The notes beneath the pieces were generated by a model. It was not told where the DNA came from. It worked only from the letters and a program-made list of their open reading frames with translations, and searched no databases. A DNA stretch of 60,113 nt from Candidatus Gastranaerophilales bacterium (GTDB lineage: Bacteria; Cyanobacteriota; Vampirovibrionia; Gastranaerophilales; Gastranaerophilaceae): the NCBI GenBank assembly GCA_944322705.1, contig CALUPR010000001.1:1-60113 (forward strand). The letters run 5' to 3'. Below are positions 29,707 to 38,850 of this stretch, in pieces; position 1 is the stretch's first letter, and every line of letters begins with the position of its first letter. The position numbers and the translations under genes were made by a program.

Positions 29707-31231
29707 TAATGAGACATATTTATATAATACAAAACCAAATAAAAACACTGATTTTGTCATATGGATGGGTTTTCCGGGCTGTTACGCGTTTTCAATGTCA
29801 TCACTCGGATATTTGTGGATGTTCAAATCTCTTGATGAACACGAAGATATAAATATTGAACGTATATGTTCTGATACAAATATAACTAAATATAACCCTA
29901 ATGATGTTAAACTATTTGGGTTTTCATTCTCTTTTGATATGGACTTTCTTACTATTTTTTCAATGCTTGAAAAATACAATATACCTTTAAAATCAAAAGA
30001 CAGAACAATTGAACCTCTTATATTTGCAGGGGGACCTGTTGTAACTGCAAACCCTGAACCATACAAAGAATTTTTTGACTTTTTTATTGTGGGTGATGGC
30101 GAAGATACAAATCTCACAGCAGTTAACATATGTAAAAAATATAGTAACAGAGATGAAGCTTTAAAGCATCTGTCCGAGGTAGAAGGAATTTATGTTCCCA
30201 AATTTTCCAAAAATGTGAAAAAACTTACCAAAAAACTTTCGGAATGCATATATACACCAATAATAAGCGATAAAGCTTTTTTTAAAAATACATTTATATT
30301 GGAAATGTCCCGCGGCTGCGCTAACAGATGCGGATTTTGTCTTGCTTCATATAACAATCTTCCTTTAAGATGTGTTTCATATGATAATCTTATAAAAACA
30401 ATTGAGCTTGGCTTAACATATACGAATAAAATAGCTTTACTCGGAGCACAAATAAGTGCACATCCTCATTTCCATGATATTTGCGGATATATTTATGAAA
30501 AAATAAATTCAGGACAAAACATTGAAATGAGCGTTTCTTCTCTTAGAGTTGACGCCATAACCCCCGACGTTATAAAAACTCTGGCTGCAGCAGGGCAAAA
30601 AAATACGACTCTTGCGATAGAAGCAGGCAGCGAGCGATTAAGAAAAGTTATAAATAAAAATATTAATGAAGAACAAATTATCAATGCAGTAAAGCTGGCA
30701 AAAGATAATGGAATGAATGGTATCAAGTTTTATGGAATGATAGGTTTACCAACAGAAACGTATGAAGATTTAGAGGCTACAATTAATCTTGCTAAAACGA
30801 TTAAAACTGCAAATAAAGGTTTTGATGTTTCATTCGGTTTTTCAAGTTTTGTACCTAAACCAAACACTCCATTCCAATGGATTGGTCGTCAAAGTACAAA
30901 ATTATTAGAAGAAAAAGCAAATTTTGTAAAAAAGGAATTGCATAAAATCGGCATACACGCCAACGTTTCAAGTATTAAATGGGATTACTGGCAGGCTGTT
31001 TTATCCCGCGGAGATGAAACTTTAAATGATTTTGTGCTTGAGGTTTATAAAAACGGCGGGAAACTCGGTGCATTCAAAAAAGCAGCACAAATTTTAAATA
31101 CAAATACAGACTGTTTTGCCTTAGAAGATTACACATTAGACAAGCCATTGCCCTGGGATTTTATAGAAATGTCTCCCGGAAAAAATTTCCTAAAAAAAGA
31201 ATATAAGCGATTATTATCGGAAACTACATAG
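29699..31231 (+). CDS. Radical SAM protein with N-terminal B12-binding-like domain
   Basis: RGCANRCGFC (CX3CX2C), AIEAGSERLR, FVPKPNTPFQW, LPWD. Confidence 0.9.
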   Translation: MNNNETYLYNTKPNKNTDFVIWMGFPGCYAFSMSSLGYLWMFKSLDEHEDINIERICSDTNITKYNPNDVKLFGFSFSFDMDFLTIFSMLEKYNIPLKSKDRTIEPLIFAGGPVVTANPEPYKEFFDFFIVGDGEDTNLTAVNICKKYSNRDEALKHLSEVEGIYVPKFSKNVKKLTKKLSECIYTPIISDKAFFKNTFILEMSRGCANRCGFCLASYNNLPLRCVSYDNLIKTIELGLTYTNKIALLGAQISAHPHFHDICGYIYEKINSGQNIEMSVSSLRVDAITPDVIKTLAAAGQKNTTLAIEAGSERLRKVINKNINEEQIINAVKLAKDNGMNGIKFYGMIGLPTETYEDLEATINLAKTIKTANKGFDVSFGFSSFVPKPNTPFQWIGRQSTKLLEEKANFVKKELHKIGIHANVSSIKWDYWQAVLSRGDETLNDFVLEVYKNGGKLGAFKKAAQILNTNTDCFALEDYTLDKPLPWDFIEMSPGKNFLKKEYKRLLSETT

Positions 31232-31847
31232 GTGTATAATCACAATACACAAGGCTTGACCATTTTTCAAAATAACTGATTTGTGTTGCACTGCCTGATT
31301 TTATATATATTCTGCTTAATGAACTATGCGGAATATTTAAAGCAAGACAAATTGCGGCTTTTATTATATCTTTATGAGTAACTATTACAATTCTGCTCCC
31401 TTTGTTTTGTTCTATTATACGATTTAAAGAAACGTCAACTCTATTTATAAAATCTGTAATGCTTTCTGCATCATCAGGAGTAGCAATATCAGGAGAATTA
31501 ATAAGTTTTTCCAGATCATCAGGACATTTTTCGTATAATTGTTCGAATGTCATCCCGTTAAAACTGCCACATTTACGCGGATGTAAATCTTCAATTACTT
31601 CAAAATCCTGTTTATAAACTTTTGCTACCATTTCCGCGCTTTGTTTTGATCTTACCGCAGGAGAAGAAAATATTTTACTGTTTTTAATCCCGCGACGTCT
31701 TATAAAGTCACATATTTTCTCAATCTCTTCCTGTCCTGTTTCACTTAAAGGCGGATAATTTTCAGCGTCTGTTAACCTGTCGTCTTCGCTGAATATAGTC
31801 GCACCATTACATATAAAAGTTATTTTACATTTTCTGTCAAAATACAT
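31224..31847 (-). CDS. Histidine phosphatase-fold protein lacking RHG motif
   Basis: FICNG replaces RHG; SSPAVRS, AES, IVTH retained. Confidence 0.8.
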   Translation of the reverse strand: MYFDRKCKITFICNGATIFSEDDRLTDAENYPPLSETGQEEIEKICDFIRRRGIKNSKIFSSPAVRSKQSAEMVAKVYKQDFEVIEDLHPRKCGSFNGMTFEQLYEKCPDDLEKLINSPDIATPDDAESITDFINRVDVSLNRIIEQNKGSRIVIVTHKDIIKAAICLALNIPHSSLSRIYIKSGSATQISYFEKWSSLVYCDYTPM

Positions 31848-31915
31848 ATTAAATTACCTCACTTAGTTTATTATAACACTATTTTGTAGTATAATCAAGA
31901 AAAAAGGAGTTTAGC

Positions 31916-32410
31916 ATGAGAGGTAAAGCATTTAAATTTGGAGATAATATTTCAACTGACCATATTGCACCCGGTCGTCTGTTTCATTTGCGTTCTAATT
32001 TACCGGAATTTGCAAAGCACGTTTTAGAAGATGCGGATCCCGAGTTTGCGGCTAAAATGAAAAAAGGAGATTTTGTTGTAGCAGGCTCAAATTTTGGTTT
32101 AGGTTCATCCAGAGAACATGCTCCGCAAATCATAAAAATAGCAGGAGTAGGTGCGGTAATCGCAAAATCATTTGCAAGAATATTCTACAGGAATGCCATA
32201 AATATTGGGCTTCTTGCTATAGAATGCGATACTGATTCAATTGATGCTGGAGATGAACTGGATTTGGATATTGAAAAAGGTATAATCAAAAACCTCACAA
32301 ACGGTACTATAACTCAAATTGAGCCTTTGCCTCCGGTAATGATAAAACTTCTAAATGACGGAGGGCTCGTCGAACACATAAAGAAAAACGGCGATTTTAA
32401 ACTAACGTAA
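31916..32410 (+). CDS. leuD: 3-isopropylmalate dehydratase small subunit
   Basis: NISTDHIAP, NFGLGSSREHA, SFARIFYRNAINIG. Confidence 0.92.
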   Translation: MRGKAFKFGDNISTDHIAPGRLFHLRSNLPEFAKHVLEDADPEFAAKMKKGDFVVAGSNFGLGSSREHAPQIIKIAGVGAVIAKSFARIFYRNAINIGLLAIECDTDSIDAGDELDLDIEKGIIKNLTNGTITQIEPLPPVMIKLLNDGGLVEHIKKNGDFKLT

Positions 32411-32413
32411 TTT

Positions 32414-33100
32414 TTACCATTTTCGCAAATTATTCAACACTTGAACTGCGGAACCAAAGTTTCTGTCTTTTAAAATTATGTACTGTTTTGTTTCAGGCTT
32501 AATTATACAAACAGTTTGACCGCATCTGTTAAAAAATTCAGCCATATTTGAATAATCAGAAGCTCTCATTCTTTGCTCATTACATTCTTCAAAACTGTCG
32601 CAAATTTTGCTGGGACCTATCATTCCGGCTTTTATATTTTTAAAATATGATAATGACACAGAAAAATTTGTATAATATGGTTTATTGTCTTTAGTATTCA
32701 AATAATTAGTCATTCTTATATTAAAATCATTTGAATATCTGCTATCAGAAGAATCATATAGATAAAAAACAGCCTTTTTTTCAGAATTAAAAATATTAGT
32801 CCAGGTATTTGATTCATAGACACCTCTCAAAACTGTATCAGGTATAGTTTTAGGTCTGTAATTTTTATATGATGTTCCCTTTATCGTATTAGAATTGCCT
32901 GTACTTAATATATTTGTTCTTTCGTTTGATGCATGAGTTTTAGCAGAAAGTTTAAGAACAATGTTTTGATAAGCATCAACAAAATCCTCAGGGGCAAATC
33001 CTTTTAAAAAACCTGTATAATAGCCTGCAACAAGTAAAACAATAAGGCATATTATAAAATTACCTGCTTCTTTCAATCTGTTTTTTAATTCTTTATTCAT
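32414..33100 (-). CDS. Hypothetical membrane-anchored protein
   Basis: N-terminal TM, four Cys in C-terminal part; start at MNKELK behind GGAG. Confidence 0.7.
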   Translation of the reverse strand: MNKELKNRLKEAGNFIICLIVLLVAGYYTGFLKGFAPEDFVDAYQNIVLKLSAKTHASNERTNILSTGNSNTIKGTSYKNYRPKTIPDTVLRGVYESNTWTNIFNSEKKAVFYLYDSSDSRYSNDFNIRMTNYLNTKDNKPYYTNFSVSLSYFKNIKAGMIGPSKICDSFEECNEQRMRASDYSNMAEFFNRCGQTVCIIKPETKQYIILKDRNFGSAVQVLNNLRKW

Positions 33101-33353
33101 ATAAAACTCCAATTTCAAAAGCAATTATATAGCATTATTAAGTTAATTGCAATATTGATTGACAAGTAATTTTGGCTGTAGTTAAATATAATTACGCACT
33201 TGCCGAATTTTTGCATTAAAATTTGTATTTAGTGCGGGTAAAGCAGGAACGTAGGAATAACTTATATTCGGCAGTTCCGGTTAAAATCAGAATGCGTAAG
33301 GGTTTTAGATTTTAATCTTTACCGATGTAGTAAAAGAAAAAGGAGAAAATTAA

Positions 33354-33740
33354 ATGCCTACAATTAATCAGCTTGTTCGCAGAGAACGTAAAAAGCTAAC
33401 TGACAAAACAAAATCTCCTGCTTTGATGGATTGCCCTCAAAGACGCGGAGTATGTACTAGGGTTTACACAACTACCCCTAAAAAACCTAATTCAGCTTTA
33501 AGAAAAGTTGCAAGGGTTAGATTAACAAACGGATTTGAAGTTACTTCATATATTCCGGGTATCGGGCATAACCTTCAAGAACACAGTGTTGTTCTTATTA
33601 GAGGCGGCAGGGTTAAAGACCTTCCGGGTGTAAGATACCACATAGTAAGAGGCACTTTGGATACTGCAGGCGTTGCAAACCGTGCTCAGAGCAGATCTAA
33701 ATACGGTGCTAAGAAAAATGCTAAAGGAGGTAAGAAATAA
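33354..33740 (+). CDS. rpsL: 30S ribosomal protein S12
   Basis: [30 protein letters not shown]. Confidence 0.99.
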   Translation: MPTINQLVRRERKKLTDKTKSPALMDCPQRRGVCTRVYTTTPKKPNSALRKVARVRLTNGFEVTSYIPGIGHNLQEHSVVLIRGGRVKDLPGVRYHIVRGTLDTAGVANRAQSRSKYGAKKNAKGGKK

Positions 33741-34210
33741 TGTCAAGACGTTCTAAACCGGCTAAAAGAATACCTTTAGCAGATCCTGTATACAACAGCG
33801 TTGATATTTCAAAATTTATTAACAGAATTATGAGACGCGGTAAAAAATCACTTGCAGAAAAAATCTTCTATGCTACTTTGTTAAAAATAGAAGAAAGAAC
33901 CGGTGAAAAACCGCTTGATATTTTCCAAAAAGCTATGTCAAATGCTACACCGCTTTTGGAAGTAAAAGCAAGACGTATCGGCGGTTCAACTTATCAGGTT
34001 CCTATTGAAGTTAAAGCAGACAGAGGTTTTGCTCTCGCTTCTTCTTGGATTATTGAAGCTGCAAAAAAACGCGGCGGTAAATCATTCATTGATAAATTGA
34101 CTAATGAATTAATTGATGCTTCAAACGGCTCAGGTTCTGCTTGCAAAAAGCGTGAAGACACCCACAAAATGGCAGAGGCAAACAAAGCTTTTGCTCACTA
34201 TAGATATTAA
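33740..34210 (+). CDS. rpsG: 30S ribosomal protein S7
   Basis: RRIGGSTYQVP, MAEANKAFAHYR. Confidence 0.99.
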   Translation: MSRRSKPAKRIPLADPVYNSVDISKFINRIMRRGKKSLAEKIFYATLLKIEERTGEKPLDIFQKAMSNATPLLEVKARRIGGSTYQVPIEVKADRGFALASSWIIEAAKKRGGKSFIDKLTNELIDASNGSGSACKKREDTHKMAEANKAFAHYRY

Positions 34211-34226
34211 TAAATTAATAGTTAAT

Positions 34227-34259
34227 AAAAAAAGCGGAACCGGATAGTTCCGCTTTTTT
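34227..34259. terminator. Bidirectional terminator ending rpsL-rpsG
   Basis: AAAAAAAGCGGAAC-cggata-GTTCCGCTTTTTT. Confidence 0.9.
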
Positions 34260-35835
34260 ATTGTAAAAATTTTAAGTCCTCTTCAGGTTCTGTAATTGTG
34301 TTGATATTATAAAGCTTATTAAATGCGGAAAGAACTGAAGGATTGATAACAGTCGGCGGACAATCTGACAAGAATATATTTTTAGCACCTTCACACTTTA
34401 AATTAATTATATTTGACAAAGAATTTACATCGCATTTGGTCAGGAAAAAAGCTAATTTTTTAGAATCAATCGGTATTTTTTCAAAAATTTTTTGAAGAAC
34501 TCCATAAAGCTGCGGATAATTATTACACAAATTTATTACAAATACATTTTCCATGTTAGGATTGTAAGAAAAACTTACAGCAAATGAATTATCAGAAATA
34601 CTGTCAAAAAATTTTTTAAAGTAATCATTTTTTTGCAGACTAAAGGTTGAATGCCCGATAATAAAGAAGTAATCATAGTTTCTGGAAACAGCTTTATCTA
34701 TAAATTGATTTAATTTTACCAGATCATATCCTGTTTCAATTGGCTGTCTTGTTTGACCTTTTGCAAATCCTTTAGCTTGACGTGCCGACTCTAAAAGAGG
34801 CGAAAAATTGCTATTGCAAATTTTTACAACTCCCTTTGGAGCTATTTTATCAGTCGTAAATAATCTGCCCCTGTATAAATATTCTATATTTTGCGCTTCA
34901 TTTTTTGTAAGCAATATAGCACCGGGAAAAGTCGCAAAATCCAAGATTGCAGTAGACATTCCATTTCCAAAATGTCCTTTTAAATTTTTATAATTTTTAA
35001 ATAATGAAAATGCATGTGCTACTAATAAGTTACCGTTTGTGTAGACATCAATGTCTGATGATTTTGTGTATTCCAGAACATTTTTTAAATCAATAAGGTT
35101 AGAACCTGAAACAAGAATAGCCTTATTGGGTTCTGTAGACGCAGAAACCAGCGCAATTTCTATATTGCCAAATGTTGATATTTGAATTTTTTTTATAAGT
35201 TTTAAAAGTTCTATATCAATTTTTGAAAGAATTTCAATATATTTTTTTACTGCTTTAAAATCAATTTTAGAATTATTATAAATATTTAATGCCTCCAAAA
35301 TATTATCGGAAGCATATTCACACTCACAATTATATTCAGAAAGAGAAACAATATTTACACAAACACTTTTCATGACAGCAGCCAATATTTCAGACAAATA
35401 TTTATTATCTGAACTCAACTTTTTGTATTTATTTAAAAACTCCTTATCACCTTTTTTTAAAATTAAAGACAGACTTGCATCAGAAGGAAGCTTTAATAAA
35501 TTTTTTATATCATGTACTTCTTCATCGCGCTCTTTGCAAGTGTTTAAATACTTTTTTCTCAGATTAATTAAATTTTGATAATGTTTTGAAAAAATATTTA
35601 AAATTTGTAATTCAGAAAAATCTTTTGCGGCATCAATAAATGCTATTTGATAAATTAAGGATTTTAAAATTTTATGCTCATAAATACTGAATTCTTTAAG
35701 TTTTATAAGATAGAACGCCGTCTGTCTTAAAAGAATCATCATGACCTCCTGCATTGAGGATACCGCAGGAGAAACAGAACATGCACCTTTAGATACACAA
35801 TCATTATATTCTTGATTATTTGAATTATAAAACAT
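34258..35835 (-). CDS. Degenerate hybrid-cluster protein (Hcp/hydroxylamine reductase)-like
   Basis: AILVSG, DVYT, LKGHFG, FPGAIL, RLFTT, VKI...FS motifs of Hcp; most cluster ligands substituted. Confidence 0.78.
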   Translation of the reverse strand: MFYNSNNQEYNDCVSKGACSVSPAVSSMQEVMMILLRQTAFYLIKLKEFSIYEHKILKSLIYQIAFIDAAKDFSELQILNIFSKHYQNLINLRKKYLNTCKERDEEVHDIKNLLKLPSDASLSLILKKGDKEFLNKYKKLSSDNKYLSEILAAVMKSVCVNIVSLSEYNCECEYASDNILEALNIYNNSKIDFKAVKKYIEILSKIDIELLKLIKKIQISTFGNIEIALVSASTEPNKAILVSGSNLIDLKNVLEYTKSSDIDVYTNGNLLVAHAFSLFKNYKNLKGHFGNGMSTAILDFATFPGAILLTKNEAQNIEYLYRGRLFTTDKIAPKGVVKICNSNFSPLLESARQAKGFAKGQTRQPIETGYDLVKLNQFIDKAVSRNYDYFFIIGHSTFSLQKNDYFKKFFDSISDNSFAVSFSYNPNMENVFVINLCNNYPQLYGVLQKIFEKIPIDSKKLAFFLTKCDVNSLSNIINLKCEGAKNIFLSDCPPTVINPSVLSAFNKLYNINTITEPEEDLKFLQ

Positions 35836-35837
35836 AA

Positions 35838-36068
35838 CTAAACCTTGCTTTCAATATATTTTATTATATCGTCAGACTCATACATATTTATATTTAGAGC
35901 TGAATCATGCAAAAAAGGAACCTGCTCATAACCTCCAAGTCTTATAAGCTGTTCACGGTTTTCTTTATCTGAAATATTTTTTTTATTATAAGTTATATTA
36001 TTTTTATCAAGAAAATCCATAACTTTACGGCAGTAAGGGCAGGATTCCAATATATATAAATCAAACAT
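35838..36068 (-). CDS. Glutaredoxin-like protein
   Basis: CPYC, QVPFL, MYESDDII. Confidence 0.9.
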   Translation of the reverse strand: MFDLYILESCPYCRKVMDFLDKNNITYNKKNISDKENREQLIRLGGYEQVPFLHDSALNINMYESDDIIKYIESKV

Positions 36069-36183
36069 ATTTAATCTCCTTTAAGGACATTATAAGAAAT
36101 TTCTGATAAATAAAAATCGCCAAAGTAACCAATAAGCATATAACACAATTGCATAAGAAAAATTTTTATAATAAACTAATTGT

Positions 36184-37296
36184 ATGAAAAATATATTGTT
36201 TGTATTTGGTACTCGTCCTGAAGTTATAAAACTTGCTCCTGTTATATTAGAGCTAAAAAAATATCCTGATAAATATAATACTATTATTTGTAATACAGAG
36301 CAGCAAAAAGAGCTTTCAAACCAAACTCTTGCGTATTTTGGGCTGAAAGCTGATATAAATCTTGATTGTATGCGTCCAAATCAATCTTTATTAGAAGTCC
36401 AAACAAGAATATTAAATGCACTGGATAATGTTTTTAAAAATAATAAAATTGATGCAACAATTGTTCAAGGTGATACAATGACCGTTTTATGCGGTGCACT
36501 TGCAAGCTTTTACAGAAAAATACCGGTTTATCATGTAGAAGCCGGTTTACGTTCTTATGACATATATGAACCGTTTCCGGAAGAAATTATGCGGCAAATG
36601 ACATCAAGGGTTGCAGAAATTAACTTCGCACCTACTGATAAAAACAGACAGGCACTTTTAAAGGAAAACATAAAAGATGAGAAAATTTTTGTTGTAGGGA
36701 ATACTGTCATTGATGCACTATTTTGCTTATCGGATGCAACTTTAAATGAAGCTAAAAAATATTTTGAAAATTTAAACATAAATATAGATGACAAGCTTGT
36801 ATTAATAACAGTACACAGACGCGAAAATCACGGTGAAAGAATTGACAGAATTCTTGATGCAATAGAATCTCTCGTAAAAAAATATTCAGACCATACATTT
36901 GTAATTCCTGTACATCCCAATCCAAATGTTAAAGATAAAATTTATTCAAGGCTTGGACAGTATCAAAATGTATCCCTCTTGAAGCCGCTGGATTATCCTT
37001 ACCTTGTTTATTTAATGAAAAATGCAAAACTTATACTTACTGATTCAGGAGGAATACAAGAAGAAGCCCCTTCATTCGGCTGTCCGACACTTGTTATGAG
37101 ATATGAAACAGAAAGACAGGAAGGCATTGATGCCGGTGTTTCTGCTCTTGTTGGAGCTGATTATGACAAAATTGTATCACATAGCGAAACAATTCTTTCT
37201 AAAACAAGAACTCAAACGAGATTAAAAGCTCAAAACCCTTACGGTGATGGCAATTCTGCAAAAAAAATAGTAGAAATTATAAATCAACAAAATTAA
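36184..37296 (+). CDS. wecB: UDP-N-acetylglucosamine 2-epimerase
   Basis: GTRPEVIK, HVEAGLRS, TDSGGIQEEAP, PYGDG. Confidence 0.96.
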   Translation: MKNILFVFGTRPEVIKLAPVILELKKYPDKYNTIICNTEQQKELSNQTLAYFGLKADINLDCMRPNQSLLEVQTRILNALDNVFKNNKIDATIVQGDTMTVLCGALASFYRKIPVYHVEAGLRSYDIYEPFPEEIMRQMTSRVAEINFAPTDKNRQALLKENIKDEKIFVVGNTVIDALFCLSDATLNEAKKYFENLNINIDDKLVLITVHRRENHGERIDRILDAIESLVKKYSDHTFVIPVHPNPNVKDKIYSRLGQYQNVSLLKPLDYPYLVYLMKNAKLILTDSGGIQEEAPSFGCPTLVMRYETERQEGIDAGVSALVGADYDKIVSHSETILSKTRTQTRLKAQNPYGDGNSAKKIVEIINQQN

Positions 37297-37916
37297 ACTT
37301 TTGTCATTGCATTATTGTAATGTCTTAATGTTTCACCTTTTAATACATGTTTTTTATAACTTTTTAATTTATAATTTATACTCGGCATTGAAGCAATTTC
37401 TTTTTGAAAATTTCTGTATAAAGCCATTTCACGCTCTTTAATTAACTCAATATTACTTTTGGGTTTTATTTGTTTTTTAGCAGAACGCATTATACATAAC
37501 AAAATTAGAATTGAAACAATACTCCACACAGCCTTTTCTTCATTTGCTCTGTTTACAACAGTTATTGGAGAAGCATTAGGAGTTTCAAGTACGACATTAG
37601 CTTTTGAAATTCCTTTTGCATCCATATAAATTTTAATATCATTATTCCCGTTACTCTGAATGCCAATACCATTTACATTTGAAGTATTTTTATAAAGCGT
37701 ATTTATATCGGGAGACTGTTCTATACCTTTAAGATAAAGTGTTATTTTGTCAGGAGATTCAATTTCTTTTCTGACTTTAACAATTTTGTCAGCCCTTAGA
37801 ACAATTGACATTTGCCCATCATTGTTATCAATCACAACGGAATTAAGAAAATTTTCAGCTGCATTAGCAGACAAGCCTATAGTTATAAGTAATATAAGAA
37901 TAATCCTTTTCAACAT
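37293..37916 (-). CDS. Exported membrane protein, AMIN-like domain plus TM helix
   Basis: Signal peptide (ANA|A), beta-rich ~110 aa, TM, basic cytoplasmic tail. Confidence 0.6.
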   Translation of the reverse strand: MLKRIILILLITIGLSANAAENFLNSVVIDNNDGQMSIVLRADKIVKVRKEIESPDKITLYLKGIEQSPDINTLYKNTSNVNGIGIQSNGNNDIKIYMDAKGISKANVVLETPNASPITVVNRANEEKAVWSIVSILILLCIMRSAKKQIKPKSNIELIKEREMALYRNFQKEIASMPSINYKLKSYKKHVLKGETLRHYNNAMTKV

Positions 37917-38010
37917 ATCCTTTTAATCCTCTACACATATACCTTACTTTATTTTGTGTAAACATACATCAATCAAGAGTTTTAACTATATAAATCCAGA
38001 GGTTGATATA

Positions 38011-38075
38011 TTTATGAAGTAATGTAACAAAGAAAAGCCATGCTGAAATACTTAAAAATAAAATTTGTTTATATA
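38011..38075 (+). promoter_or_regulatory. HLR1-like box plus bipartite promoter-like element
   Basis: TATGAAGTAATGTAAC-N15-TGAAA-N17-TGTTTATATA. Confidence 0.6.
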
Positions 38076-38107
38076 AATGTAAGACACGAGAATTAGGAGT
38101 TTGAAAA

Positions 38108-38479
38108 ATGAACGGTATTTTAGCAAAAACTTCGGAAAACAGAACTAATGATATTAAAAGTACAAAACCTGTAGAATCAATTGAAACAGCAGGCTCATTA
38201 GCAATGAACAATGTATTTCACAGTTTATTTGAAACAAATACTTATGATGAATTTTCAACAAATAATCCTTTTGCTGTGGATTATTCTCAGTACTCAGATT
38301 CAGGTGATACCGTAGCTTATTCAAGCTTTTTAAGCAGTTTTACAAATGCAATATCCACACTTTCAAATTCATCCGGATTTTCATCGACCGGAGGCGCTGT
38401 TTCCTGCGGAGGTTTTTCAGGAGGTGCATCAGCTGGCGGTTCATGCGGCGGAGGCGGTGGATTTTCATCAGTTTGCTAG
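38108..38479 (+). CDS. Hypothetical protein with Gly/Ser/Cys-rich C-terminus
   Basis: AGGAG RBS; ends ...SCGGFSGGASAGGSCGGGGGFSSVC; own hairpin terminator near 38518-38545. Confidence 0.75.
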   Translation: MNGILAKTSENRTNDIKSTKPVESIETAGSLAMNNVFHSLFETNTYDEFSTNNPFAVDYSQYSDSGDTVAYSSFLSSFTNAISTLSNSSGFSSTGGAVSCGGFSGGASAGGSCGGGGGFSSVC

Positions 38480-38558
38480 GTTATTAAAAGGTGATAAAGA
38501 AAAAGAAATACTATAAATGGCGGTACCCAAAACCGCCTTTTTTATTTATTAAATAAAT

Positions 38559-38810
38559 ATGACAAAAAAATATTTTACATATATATTATTAACAGAGCAT
38601 AACACATATTATTGCGGTTATACAGATAATATTGATAAACGTTTTAAAGAACATGTCAGCGGTAAGGGTGCTAAATATACTAAAGCTAATAAACCATTGA
38701 AAATCGTTTATACTAAAGAATTTAGCAGTAAATCCGACGCAATGAAAGAAGAATACAGAATAAAACATTTAACAAAAGAAGAGAAAATTCAGCTTATTAA
38801 TAATTATTAG
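38559..38810 (+). CDS. GIY-YIG nuclease family protein (YazA/YhbQ-like)
   Basis: FTYIL...YYCGYT, GKGAKYT, AMKEEYRIK. Confidence 0.9.
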   Translation: MTKKYFTYILLTEHNTYYCGYTDNIDKRFKEHVSGKGAKYTKANKPLKIVYTKEFSSKSDAMKEEYRIKHLTKEEKIQLINNY

Positions 38811-38850
38811 TATTATTCACATGAGTTTCAATCTGATTAACGTTTATATC

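Noticed and set aside
38559-38810. GIY-YIG as homing endonuclease or mobile element
   Set aside because: Size and motifs fit the stand-alone YazA/YhbQ type; no intron or flanking repeats
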